This document shows positions 9,266 through 18,785 of a DNA stretch of 64,000 nucleotides, one piece after another; position 1 is the stretch's first letter, and every line of letters starts with the position of its first letter. Both the position numbers and the translations under genes were made by a program. The stretch is from Pseudomonadales bacterium. GTDB taxonomy: Bacteria; Pseudomonadota; Gammaproteobacteria; Pseudomonadales; UBA7239. The notes below the pieces were generated by a model. The model worked only from the letters and a program-made list of their open reading frames with translations. It searched no databases and was not told the DNA's origin. The stretch is taken from the NCBI GenBank assembly GCA_041395785.1, contig JAWKZZ010000009.1, forward strand, positions 8,292 through 72,291. The letters run 5' to 3'.

Positions 9266-10549
9266 ATGGCCAAAAGTGGCGACGACGGCAAACTGCTGTA
9301 CTGCTCGTTCTGTGGCAAAAGTCAGCACGAAGTAAAAAAGCTAATTGCGGGTCCTTCGGTATTCATTTGCGATGAATGCGTGGATTTGTGCAATGACATC
9401 ATTCGTGAAGAGATCCAAGAAAGCGCAGCGGAAACCGGCAGTGACAAACTGCCTACGCCTTTGGAAATTAAAGAAACGCTGGATCAATATGTTATTGGTC
9501 AGCAAAAAGCGAAAAAAATCCTCGCGGTAGCGGTGTACAACCACTATAAGCGCTTGCGTGCGGGCGGCAATAAAAAAGAAGGTGATGTTGAATTAGGTAA
9601 GAGCAACATCCTGATGGTTGGACCGACCGGTAGCGGTAAGACGCTGTTGGCAGAGACTTTGGCGCGCCTGTTGGATGTGCCGTTTACCATCGCCGACGCC
9701 ACCACGCTGACCGAAGCCGGTTATGTGGGTGAAGATGTCGAAAATATCATCCAGAAGTTGTTGCAGAAATGCGATTACGATGTGGAAAAAGCGCAGATCG
9801 GTATTGTGTATATCGACGAGATCGACAAAATTTCGCGCAAGTCAGACAACCCTTCCATCACGCGCGATGTGTCGGGCGAGGGTGTGCAGCAAGCGCTGTT
9901 GAAGCTGATTGAAGGCACCGTGGCTTCTGTACCGCCGCAGGGCGGGCGCAAGCATCCGCAGCAAGAGTTTTTGCAGGTGGATACACGCAATATCCTGTTT
10001 ATTTGCGGTGGCGCGTTTGCTGGTTTGGACAAGGTGATTCGCGATCGCTTTGAGAAAGGCGGCATCGGTTTTGGCGCGGAAATCAAAAGCAAAGACAGTA
10101 TCAAAAATGTGGGTGAGTCCCTGCGTGAGCTGGAACCAGAAGATTTGGTGCGTTACGGGCTGATTCCCGAGTTTGTCGGTCGTTTGCCGATTATCGCCAC
10201 CTTGGAAGAACTGGACGAAGACGCTCTGATCAGTATTTTGACGGAGCCGCGCAACTCTTTGACGAAACAGTACGCGCGCTTGTTTGAAATGGAAAATGTT
10301 GAAATCGATTTCCGTGAAGATGCATTGCGCGCAGTGGCAAAGAAAGCGATGGAGCGAAAAACCGGTGCACGCGGTTTGCGCTCCATCCTTGAAAATGTGC
10401 TGTTAGACACCATGTACAAATTGCCGTCTGAAAAAGATGTTTGCAAAGTGGTGATTGATGAACCGGTAATTCGCGGTGATTCTGAGCCACTGTTGGTGTA
10501 TCAATCGGTGGAACCACCGAAATTGAGCAAAGCAGCATCGGATGAATAA
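9266..10549 (+). CDS. clpX: ATP-dependent Clp protease ATP-binding subunit ClpX
   Basis: It has an N-terminal zinc finger (CSFCGKSQ...CDECV), Walker [16 protein letters not shown] and an IGF-type loop region. Length is 427 aa. Confidence 0.97.
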   Translation: MAKSGDDGKLLYCSFCGKSQHEVKKLIAGPSVFICDECVDLCNDIIREEIQESAAETGSDKLPTPLEIKETLDQYVIGQQKAKKILAVAVYNHYKRLRAGGNKKEGDVELGKSNILMVGPTGSGKTLLAETLARLLDVPFTIADATTLTEAGYVGEDVENIIQKLLQKCDYDVEKAQIGIVYIDEIDKISRKSDNPSITRDVSGEGVQQALLKLIEGTVASVPPQGGRKHPQQEFLQVDTRNILFICGGAFAGLDKVIRDRFEKGGIGFGAEIKSKDSIKNVGESLRELEPEDLVRYGLIPEFVGRLPIIATLEELDEDALISILTEPRNSLTKQYARLFEMENVEIDFREDALRAVAKKAMERKTGARGLRSILENVLLDTMYKLPSEKDVCKVVIDEPVIRGDSEPLLVYQSVEPPKLSKAASDE

Positions 10550-10570
10550 TCACACGCGTTGTGATGAAAA

Positions 10571-10598
10571 AGGCGGCCCAAGAGGTCGCCTTTTTTTT
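10571..10598 (+). terminator. Rho-independent terminator after clpX
   Basis: AGGCGGCC-CAAGA-GGTCGCCT (one G-U pair) followed by eight T, about 20 nt after the clpX stop. Confidence 0.7.
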
Positions 10599-10671
10599 GG
10601 TGCGTTTCTCAGATTGTGAGCTAGACTGTAAGCGTATTCTCGGGGTTTGATGTGTTGTTTGGGGGGAGCCA

Positions 10672-13080
10672 ATGAATTCATCGTTAGTGTTGCCACTGTT
10701 ACCGCTGCGCGATGTGGTGGTGTATCCGCATATGGTGATTCCGTTATTTGTTGGTCGTGACAAATCCATCAAGGCGCTGGAGCGGGCAATGGCTTCAGAC
10801 AAACAGGTGATGTTGGTGGCGCAGCGCGATGCTGCAGATGATGCACCGACAGCGGGTGAATTGTACGAAGTGGGCACGGTGGTTACCGTGTTGCAGTTGT
10901 TCAAATTGCACGACGATACGGTGAAAGTCTTGGTGGAGGGCGGTGCCCGCGCCACCATCCAGCAGCTGCAAGATGCCGGTGATTACTACTTGGCGGATAT
11001 CGAAAAAATAGCTGAGCATCCAATGGCCGCGCATATGGCTGAGCCGTTGACGGCGGTATTGCTAAAGCAATTTGAAGAATACGCCACGCTGAGCAAAAAA
11101 ATTCCGCCAGAAACGCTGGGTGCGCTGGCGGCCATTGATGAATTGGGGCGCTTGGTGGATACGGTTGCCGCGCACATGCCTGTGAGTATTGCGCAGAAGC
11201 AAGCCTTGCTAGAAATGCCAGATCCCTTGCTGCGCGCTGAGCATCTGCTGGGCCTGATCGAGAAGGAAGTGGATTTATTCCAGATGGAAAAGCGCATTCG
11301 CGGCCGCGTAAAAAAACAAATGGAACGCAGCCAGCGCGAGTATTACCTCAACGAACAGATGAAGGCCATTCAGAAAGAGCTGGGCAATGCGGAAACTGGC
11401 AATGAGATCGATGATATCGAAAAGAAAATTGCCGCTGCAAAAATGTCGCCAGAAGCGGAAGAAAAAACGCGCCGTGAATTGTCGAAGTTGAAGATGATGT
11501 CGCCGATGTCCGCCGAAGCATCCGTCGTGCGCAGTTTTATTGATTGGATGACATCCTTGCCTTGGAATAAGCAAACGCGTCTGCGCCACGATTTGCAGCG
11601 CGCTGAAGATATTCTGAACCAAGACCACTACGGTTTAGAGGAAGTGAAGGAGCGCATTCTCGAGTATCTGGCTGTACAGCAGCGCGTGAAAAAATTGCGC
11701 GGTTCGGTGCTGTGCTTGGTGGGGCCGCCAGGGGTAGGTAAAACTTCACTGGGTGAATCGATTGCACGCGCCACTAACCGCAAGTTTGTGCGCATGGCTT
11801 TGGGCGGTGTGCGCGATGAGGCGGAAATTCGCGGCCACCGTCGCACTTACATCGGCTCTATGCCGGGCAAGTTGCTGCAAAAACTGGCGAAAGTGGCAGT
11901 GAATAATCCGCTATTTTTGTTTGATGAAATTGACAAGATTGGTATGGACCATCGCGGTGATCCTGCGTCTGCTTTACTGGAGGTGTTGGATCCTGAACAA
12001 AATAGCTCGTTCAATGACCACTATTTAGAAGTGGATTACGATCTATCCAATGTGATGTTTATCTGCACGGCTAACTCGATGAATATTCCGGGGCCGCTAT
12101 TGGATCGCATGGAAATTATCCGTATCCCTGGTTATACGGAAGATGAGAAGCTCAATATCGCCAAACGCTATTTGATTCCCAAACAATTTACAGCTAATGG
12201 TTTGGATCAGCGTGAGTGTGAAATTACAGACGCAGCTATCAAAGACATCATTCGTTTTTACACACGAGAAGCGGGCGTGCGCGGTTTGGAGCGACAGTTG
12301 GCAAAAATCTGCCGCAAGGTAGTCAAAGCTAACGGTGCGCGTCAGCAAGGCAAGATTAAGCATATCGTCGTGGATAGTGCCAATTTGGAAATTTATTCTG
12401 GCGTACGCAAGTTCAACTACGGTCGCGCTGAAGAAGAGAGCAAAGTGGGGCAGGTAACGGGCTTGGCGTGGACGCAAGTGGGCGGTGAGTTGCTGACTAT
12501 CGAGTCGGCTGCGGTGAAAGGCAAGGGCGCTATTGTGAAAACGGGCTCCTTGGGTGATGTAATGCAGGAGTCGATCCAAGCGGCACTGACAGTGGTGCGC
12601 AGCCGCTCACAGGCGCTGGGTATTCCGGCTAACTTTCACGAGAAATTCGATCTGCATATCCATGTGCCGGAAGGCGCGACGCCGAAAGACGGCCCCAGTG
12701 CGGGTATTGCCATGTGTACGGCGATGGTGTCGGTGCTGACCAATATCCCTGTGCGTGCCGATGTGGCAATGACTGGCGAGATCACGCTGCGTGGGCAGGT
12801 GCTGCCTATTGGCGGGTTGAAAGAGAAGTTGCTGGCGGCGCATCGTGGCGGTATCACCACCGTCATTATTCCGCAGGAAAACGAGCGGGATTTGAAAGAA
12901 ATACCGGATAACATCAAAGAGGAGCTGGTGATTAAACCGGTGAAATGGATCGACGATGTGCTGGCCATTGCCCTGCAATACATGCCGGAACCATTGACGG
13001 ATGCAGAGTACGCCGACAGCGCCACTGCAGAAGACGCGAGTGCTGGCAAGAAAAAAGTAGAGCGTGTCAGCACACATTAA
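10672..13080 (+). CDS. lon: Lon protease
   Basis: 802 aa with a LON N-domain (LPLLPLRDVVVYPHMVIPLFVGR), Walker A GPPGVGKTSLGESIA and the proteolytic Ser context PKDGPSAGIAMCTAMVS. Confidence 0.97.
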   Translation: MNSSLVLPLLPLRDVVVYPHMVIPLFVGRDKSIKALERAMASDKQVMLVAQRDAADDAPTAGELYEVGTVVTVLQLFKLHDDTVKVLVEGGARATIQQLQDAGDYYLADIEKIAEHPMAAHMAEPLTAVLLKQFEEYATLSKKIPPETLGALAAIDELGRLVDTVAAHMPVSIAQKQALLEMPDPLLRAEHLLGLIEKEVDLFQMEKRIRGRVKKQMERSQREYYLNEQMKAIQKELGNAETGNEIDDIEKKIAAAKMSPEAEEKTRRELSKLKMMSPMSAEASVVRSFIDWMTSLPWNKQTRLRHDLQRAEDILNQDHYGLEEVKERILEYLAVQQRVKKLRGSVLCLVGPPGVGKTSLGESIARATNRKFVRMALGGVRDEAEIRGHRRTYIGSMPGKLLQKLAKVAVNNPLFLFDEIDKIGMDHRGDPASALLEVLDPEQNSSFNDHYLEVDYDLSNVMFICTANSMNIPGPLLDRMEIIRIPGYTEDEKLNIAKRYLIPKQFTANGLDQRECEITDAAIKDIIRFYTREAGVRGLERQLAKICRKVVKANGARQQGKIKHIVVDSANLEIYSGVRKFNYGRAEEESKVGQVTGLAWTQVGGELLTIESAAVKGKGAIVKTGSLGDVMQESIQAALTVVRSRSQALGIPANFHEKFDLHIHVPEGATPKDGPSAGIAMCTAMVSVLTNIPVRADVAMTGEITLRGQVLPIGGLKEKLLAAHRGGITTVIIPQENERDLKEIPDNIKEELVIKPVKWIDDVLAIALQYMPEPLTDAEYADSATAEDASAGKKKVERVSTH

Positions 13081-13133
13081 GCGGATTGACAGCGAAAATA
13101 TACGATGAATATCACGGTTTTGCGAAAGTTGGC

Positions 13134-13162
13134 TTGACCCTCAGCGGTGGCAGGGGTATAAA
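13134..13162 (+). promoter_or_regulatory. Candidate sigma70 promoter for hupB
   Basis: TTGACC (13134-13139), a 17-nt spacer, then TATAAA (13157-13162). This sits about 155 nt upstream of the hupB GTG. The call rests on sequence pattern only. Confidence 0.4.
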
Positions 13163-13317
13163 ACCTGCCCTCGTTAGCCGTAGATGTAGCTTGTAGCTCG
13201 GTAATTTCTGACAAGCTGCAAGCAACAGGGAGCTGCGAGCGAAGATGGTCGGCCGCCGACCCACTAACCATGCCACCCAGACAAAATTTTAATGGAATAC
13301 ATCCAAGGGGTTTTCTC

Positions 13318-13590
13318 GTGAATAAAACTGATTTGATCGACGCAATCGCAACTGCAGCTGATCTGCCAAAAGCTGCTGCTGGCCGTGCACTGGACGCTGT
13401 TATCGACAGCATCACCCAAGCACTGAAAAACAACGACCAAGTAACATTGGTTGGTTTTGGAACTTTCGCTGTGAAAGAGCGTGCCGCGCGTACCGGCCGC
13501 AACCCGAAGACAGGCGAAGCATTGGAAATCAAGGCTTCCAAGCAGCCTGGATTTAAGCCGGGTAAAGCGTTGAAAGATGCGCTGAACTGA
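13318..13590 (+). CDS. hupB: DNA-binding protein HU-beta
   Basis: (V)[89 protein letters not shown] is canonical 90-aa HU. The GTG at 13318 is preferred over the upstream ATG at 13270. Confidence 0.93.
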   Translation: MNKTDLIDAIATAADLPKAAAGRALDAVIDSITQALKNNDQVTLVGFGTFAVKERAARTGRNPKTGEALEIKASKQPGFKPGKALKDALN

Positions 13591-13640
13591 GTTGGCTTTT
13601 ACACATAACCTGCTGAAATAACGCAGGAATTTCGAAAAAA

Positions 13641-13664
13641 GGCGCATAAAAATGCGCCTTTTTT
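13641..13664 (+). terminator. Rho-independent terminator after hupB
   Basis: GGCGCAT-AAAA-ATGCGCC followed by TTTTTT. Confidence 0.8.
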
Positions 13665-13699
13665 GTTACCATGCCGCATCCTTTGACAGTGAGGCTCGT

Positions 13700-15628
13700 A
13701 TGATCGGAGCAATGCGTGAAAAAATGCAGGGCGTGTTTGCCACTGTAATAATTGTTTTTATTTGCGTAATTTTTGCCCTCTTTGGCGCGGATGCGTTTTT
13801 TAGTGGCGGTGGACAAGTTAAAGCGCCGGTGACAGTAGACGGTGTTGAGATTAGTGAGCAGCAAATCAATCAGGCAATCACTGCAGCGCGTGCACGCTAC
13901 AGTGAAATGTTCCAAGGGAAAATAGATCCCTCTTTCCTTACCGATCAAATGTTGCGTGAGCCAGCACTTGAGTCTTTGATTGGTCGGACAGTCTTAACCA
14001 AGCAAGTCAGCGTGATGAAAATGGCAGCAGCGCCGGATGCTATTGATCGTGAAATCGTGCGCAATCCGGAGTTCAGTCAAGACGGTAAAAGTTTTGATCC
14101 GGGCTTTTTCAAAAGTAAATTGAGTAGCGCAGGCATGACACCAGCTATGTACCGCTCGCGTTTAAATGATGCGCTGGTGATGGAGCAGTTGCAGCGTGGC
14201 ATTTCAGAAACGGCATTTACAACAGAAAAGCAAGTTGCAGCGGCTGCTGCATTGTCAGAGCAGAGCAGAAGTTTTGAATATTTGTTATTGGCAGAGAAAA
14301 CAGTTGCCGACAGCATTCAGCCTGATGAAAAAGCCATCGAGCAGTATTTCAAAGATCATGCCGACGAGTTTATGACGGAGGAAACCGTAACGCTTGAATA
14401 CCTTGATCTCAACAAAGCAGCGTTGGGGCATGGAGCTGCGGTTGAAGAAGCCGATTTAAAAGCGGCTTACGAAAAAGAAGCTGCGGCATTCAAGCCATCG
14501 CCTGAGAGACAGGCAGCTCATATTTTGGTGGAAGAAAAACCAGATGGTTCAGAAAAAGCCAAGCTAGATACCATCATGAAAAAATTGAAAGCCGGCGAAA
14601 GTTTTGCAGATGTAGCAAAGCAATACTCTGATGATAAAGACTCTGCTGTGATGGGCGGTGATGTAGGCGTGAGTGCTGGTGATGTTTTTGAGCCGGAGTT
14701 TGAAGCGGCATTGGCGGCACTGACTAAAGAGGGCGATTTTTCTGAGCCGGTTAAGACGCGCTACGGTTACCATGTCATCAAGTTGCTGAGTCAAAAAAAT
14801 ACCGCTTTTCCTTCATTCGCAGAGCGCAAGGCTGCGCTGCAGGAGCAATTGTCTCACGCAAAAGTGGATGCGGATTACACAGAAAAACTGAACCAAATGA
14901 CCGATAGCACATACAGCGCGGGTGATTTGGTGGGGCCGGCAGCTGAGCTCAATATGCAGGTGCAAAAAACGGAAGCGTTTGGTCGTCGCGGCGGTAAAGG
15001 AATAGCAGGTCAGCAGAAAGTAATTGATGCTGCGTTCTCAGAAGATCTGTTAGATTCCGGTAAAAACAGTCAGGTTATTGAACTGTCAGCAGATCGCTCA
15101 GTCGTGGTGCGCGTGGCGGAGCACCAACTGCCAAAACCTAAAGATTTGGCATTGATAAAAGAAGACATTGTCGCCAGCATTAAGAAAACTCAGGCTGCCA
15201 GCCAACTGAAAACACAAGCGGAGGCTATCCGTCAGCGTGTGACAGCCGGTGAGGCGATGGGAGCTGTAGCAAGCAAAGAGAAATTGTCGCGACAGCTTTT
15301 AGAAAACCAAAAAAATAACGCCAATGGTGCCAGTGCAGAATTGGTTGCGCGTGCATTTCAATTAAGTGGTCAGCCCGCTGCGGCAACAGCTACTGATGCG
15401 TTTCAATTAACCAATGGCGATTGGGCAGTGGTGCATTTGCTGGCGATCAACAACGCGCCACTGGATATAAACAGCGCTGAATACAAAGCTGTTCAAGAAA
15501 GAATGAACGCTAGTGTGGGTTCTAACGAGTATGCGCTGTATCAACAAGCATTGCGTCAGGCTGCCAAAGTTGAAAAAAGAAAAGTCGCAACCGCCGTTGA
15601 AAACCAAGAGAGTAGTGAGCAGCAGTAA
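13700..15628 (+). CDS. ppiD: Periplasmic chaperone/peptidyl-prolyl isomerase PpiD
   Basis: It has an N-terminal membrane anchor (MREKMQGVFATVIIVFICVIFALFG) and a parvulin domain (GGDVGV...YGYHVIKLL). hupB-ppiD synteny supports the call. The ORF-track start at 13652 lies inside the hupB terminator, so the Met at 13700 is preferred. Confidence 0.85.
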   Translation: MIGAMREKMQGVFATVIIVFICVIFALFGADAFFSGGGQVKAPVTVDGVEISEQQINQAITAARARYSEMFQGKIDPSFLTDQMLREPALESLIGRTVLTKQVSVMKMAAAPDAIDREIVRNPEFSQDGKSFDPGFFKSKLSSAGMTPAMYRSRLNDALVMEQLQRGISETAFTTEKQVAAAAALSEQSRSFEYLLLAEKTVADSIQPDEKAIEQYFKDHADEFMTEETVTLEYLDLNKAALGHGAAVEEADLKAAYEKEAAAFKPSPERQAAHILVEEKPDGSEKAKLDTIMKKLKAGESFADVAKQYSDDKDSAVMGGDVGVSAGDVFEPEFEAALAALTKEGDFSEPVKTRYGYHVIKLLSQKNTAFPSFAERKAALQEQLSHAKVDADYTEKLNQMTDSTYSAGDLVGPAAELNMQVQKTEAFGRRGGKGIAGQQKVIDAAFSEDLLDSGKNSQVIELSADRSVVVRVAEHQLPKPKDLALIKEDIVASIKKTQAASQLKTQAEAIRQRVTAGEAMGAVASKEKLSRQLLENQKNNANGASAELVARAFQLSGQPAAATATDAFQLTNGDWAVVHLLAINNAPLDINSAEYKAVQERMNASVGSNEYALYQQALRQAAKVEKRKVATAVENQESSEQQ

Positions 15629-15655
15629 TCGTTTGTACTAAACAATTCGCTTGCA

Positions 15656-17977
15656 TTGGCGCAGGGTGGGGCTGTGAAGATTCGAGCAAAGGTAACGGGT
15701 AAACGCTGGCAAACAGTAGCGTCGCTACTGGATGCTAGAGTTTTGCTGCTTATCTTTTCTCTGTTTTTTATTGTCGCTGGTGCATCGACGACCGCGACAG
15801 GCATGCCGGGTTTTAGGGTGGTTGATAAAACGCTGTTTAGGTTGGGTGTTAGGCTGCACGGTCAAATGGATGACTTAACGCCTGCTTTTGTGCGCATTGA
15901 TGTGCCATCGGCAGACATGCAGCATTTTTTACACGATCCTGCCAATGCGCCGAACATGATGGCTTTTCTTGCGCAGTTGCAGGTCAGCAGCATGAAAAGT
16001 GCTGCCTTGGTTTTGCACGGAGCTTTGTGGAATCAGTACGGCTTTAATGATTTGACGGAGCATGTACAACCTGCACTTATTGCCGCATCTTCAGAGCAGT
16101 TTCGCGCTATGGCCAGCAGGATGGCGACTTACCGCTCGCTACTGGCAAATGAGCGAGTGATACGCGCAAAAGTTATCGAAGATTTTGCGGTTCGTGCAAA
16201 AACTTTAAGAGCCAACAATGCGTTGCCCATGTTGTCGATGGAGCAAACGCAATTTGTCGGCATTACTGCGCCACAAGCACAACATGGCGCATTGGAGCGC
16301 CCTCTATTGTGGCATGGAGAAAATGCTGTCCGTTATGACGCGCGATTGGCTTTATTTGCATTGCAGCAAAATGTGCGCAGCCCTGAATGGCTCCCAGATA
16401 AAGGTATAAAAATGCAGGGCGTTTTGATTTCCACTTCGCCTGCGTCTGAAGTCCTGCCTTTCTTTTCTGTCGACAACGGTTTTTCTGTGCCGGCAGCGAT
16501 TCGCTATCCCTTATCCGTAGTGCTTGATCAATCGGCATTGCGTATCTTGCAAAATAAAGTGATTGTTATCGCTGAAGAGGGCGATCAGGATGCAGATGAT
16601 TTACTGTTAAATGTTGCTAGCCTTGAACGCGCCAGTTTTGCTACGCCGTTCAGTGGATTTTTCTTGCTGCATTTGTGTGTGGCTTTGAGTATTGCGCTCT
16701 ACTTGTTTGCCTTGCCATTGTTGAGTGTGCGCTGGGGCGCACTACTATCCGGCTTGATGGTGGTTGCGCTGATACTTGCGCAGCAAATCATGCTGAGTGT
16801 GCATCGCGAATGGTTCCCTATTTCTCAGTGGCTGGTATTTTTATTACTGGGTCACGGCTTGGTGTTTTTGTGGTGTGTGAAGCATTCGTTTATTGGTTCG
16901 GTAGCGGCGACAGTTGCACCGCCTGACAAGCCAGCATCTGCATCTACCAAAATGAAGCGCACCGTGCAAAGTAAACCGTCATTTCTGGATCGGTTTCAGC
17001 GTTCAAAGCCAACGCCACAGCGTATTCAGCCCACGATAGAAAGTGCAGCTGCAACTGTGGGTTTTGAAGATTCTACAATCATTGCAACGGCACGCGGTCG
17101 TCAGCATGCAGAACCTGTTTCATCATCGCGCAGTACATCCAGCCGGCAGTATTTAGGGCGCTATCAAATTTTGCGCGAGTTGGGTCGCGGTGCCATGGGT
17201 GTGGTGTATTTGGGGTTTGATCCTAAAATTGCGCGCCAAGTGGCGATAAAAACACTGCATTACGATCAGTTTGACGCGGCGGAATTGCCCAATATCAAAG
17301 AGCGATTTTTTCGTGAAGCGGCAGCCGTTGGCAAATTACGGCACCCTAATATCGTGACCATACACGATGCCGGTGAGGAACCTGGGCTGGCGTATATCGC
17401 CATGGATTTTGTCGATGGCCAAGCATTGTCTGAGCACACGCGTAAAGATCGTTTGTTGGATGTGGAGTTGGTGTACTACATCATGGCGATGGCAGCGGAT
17501 GCTGTGTATTGCGCTCACAAACAGGGCATTATTCATCGCGATATTAAGCCCAGTAATATTTTGTACGATGAAAAAACCAACGAAGTAAAAGTGGCGGATT
17601 TTGGTATTGCTCGCATTATGGATGGTTCGGCAACACGCACGCGCACCGGTGATTTGTTGGGCAGCCCTTTGTATATGTCACCCGAGCAAATTCGCGGCGA
17701 GCAGGTGAGTCACTCCACCGATATCTTTAGCTTAGGGGTGACTTTCTACCAGTTATTGACAGGTGAACTGCCATTTAAAGCGGATAATATTGCCAATCTC
17801 ACTTTTCAGATTGTGCAATGCAAATTCAAACCCATTGATGAAGTGCGTTCGGATTTACCCGCCAGCGCCAGGCGCATTATCAACAAAGCCTTACAAAAAA
17901 ATCCCAGCAATCGTTATGAGTCGGCAAGTGATATGCAGATTGCTTTGCATGATGCCTATAAGCGAGATTTTTCCTAG
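15656..17977 (+). CDS. Membrane sensor Ser/Thr protein kinase (Hanks type) with a large N-terminal extracytoplasmic domain, CHASE2-like topology
   Basis: The C-terminal kinase shows GRGAMGVVYLG, AIK, HRDIKPSNIL, DFGIA and SPEQ. The N-terminal half has one TM (about aa 30-47), about 290 aa of predicted periplasmic sequence, then three TM helices (about aa 340-417). That is the topology of CHASE2 sensors. The start codon is uncertain: TTG 15656 or GTG 15674. Confidence 0.85.
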   Translation: MAQGGAVKIRAKVTGKRWQTVASLLDARVLLLIFSLFFIVAGASTTATGMPGFRVVDKTLFRLGVRLHGQMDDLTPAFVRIDVPSADMQHFLHDPANAPNMMAFLAQLQVSSMKSAALVLHGALWNQYGFNDLTEHVQPALIAASSEQFRAMASRMATYRSLLANERVIRAKVIEDFAVRAKTLRANNALPMLSMEQTQFVGITAPQAQHGALERPLLWHGENAVRYDARLALFALQQNVRSPEWLPDKGIKMQGVLISTSPASEVLPFFSVDNGFSVPAAIRYPLSVVLDQSALRILQNKVIVIAEEGDQDADDLLLNVASLERASFATPFSGFFLLHLCVALSIALYLFALPLLSVRWGALLSGLMVVALILAQQIMLSVHREWFPISQWLVFLLLGHGLVFLWCVKHSFIGSVAATVAPPDKPASASTKMKRTVQSKPSFLDRFQRSKPTPQRIQPTIESAAATVGFEDSTIIATARGRQHAEPVSSSRSTSSRQYLGRYQILRELGRGAMGVVYLGFDPKIARQVAIKTLHYDQFDAAELPNIKERFFREAAAVGKLRHPNIVTIHDAGEEPGLAYIAMDFVDGQALSEHTRKDRLLDVELVYYIMAMAADAVYCAHKQGIIHRDIKPSNILYDEKTNEVKVADFGIARIMDGSATRTRTGDLLGSPLYMSPEQIRGEQVSHSTDIFSLGVTFYQLLTGELPFKADNIANLTFQIVQCKFKPIDEVRSDLPASARRIINKALQKNPSNRYESASDMQIALHDAYKRDFS

Positions 17978-17994
17978 TTTATGAGCGGGCAATA

Positions 17995-18735
17995 GTGAAG
18001 ACGCAGTGGGTTGTCTCTAATTTAGCCGCAGAGCTGGGGTTGGAGAAAGATTTTGAAACCATGGATAGCTGTCTTGCCCTAAAAGGAAAACAGATCAGTA
18101 AAGGGCCTAGCAATACTGTTACGCTGCATGAAGTAAACGGAAAAGCTTTTTACATGAAACGCTTTGTGCCTAGCAAGCGTCGTGTGCGACAGTATTTTGT
18201 GCGCTCTAGGGTGAGAGCTGAGTGGGAGCACCTGTTCTGGTTTCAGAAAAATGGCATTGATACACCAAAAATTTTGGCGTATGGCGAAGAGTACCATGCA
18301 GGTAAATTTCAACGCGGGGTATTGGTAACAGCTGCCTTGTCTGGCGCGAGAGACATGGAAAGTTTGACTAAAATAAAAAGCCCGTTAATTTTTGATGGGG
18401 GTAAATTCAGAGTCATAGCTAAAAAAATAGCAAAATTTACTCGTGCTATGCACGATAAAAATTTCACGCATAATGATCTGGATTGGAGAAATATTCTCGT
18501 CACGGATGCGATGGATGTCTATTTCTTTGATTGCCCAGGTGGTCGCTTTTGGGTGTGGCCTTTTTTGGAATACCGTATTGTCAAAGATTTGTCGCATCTG
18601 GATAAGATTGCTAGAGAGTGTATCCCTTTGCGTTGGCGGCTGTGGTTTGATAAGCAGTACACAGGAAGAAAGAAACTCAATAAAGCGGATAGGGTGCGTC
18701 TGGAAAAAATTGCGCGTTATTACGACGGCAGATAG
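17995..18735 (+). CDS. Lipopolysaccharide-kinase (Kdo/WaaP/InaA) family protein
   Basis: 246 aa with FYMKRF (Lys-containing beta3-like), HNDLDWRNILV (an HxDLxxxN catalytic loop) and a following FFD motif. The size is typical of InaA/Kdo-kinase-like proteins. GTG start. Confidence 0.65.
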   Translation: MKTQWVVSNLAAELGLEKDFETMDSCLALKGKQISKGPSNTVTLHEVNGKAFYMKRFVPSKRRVRQYFVRSRVRAEWEHLFWFQKNGIDTPKILAYGEEYHAGKFQRGVLVTAALSGARDMESLTKIKSPLIFDGGKFRVIAKKIAKFTRAMHDKNFTHNDLDWRNILVTDAMDVYFFDCPGGRFWVWPFLEYRIVKDLSHLDKIARECIPLRWRLWFDKQYTGRKKLNKADRVRLEKIARYYDGR

Positions 18736-18785
18736 TAGTTATCTCGCAGTCTGCATGTAACAAGGAAGCCAAGGAGGGTTTCATT

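Noticed and set aside
13652-13699. Longer ppiD start (ORF track 13652)
   Set aside because: The extension begins inside the hupB rho-independent terminator hairpin/T-tract, and the added residues do not resemble PpiD. The Met at 13700 precedes the typical membrane anchor.
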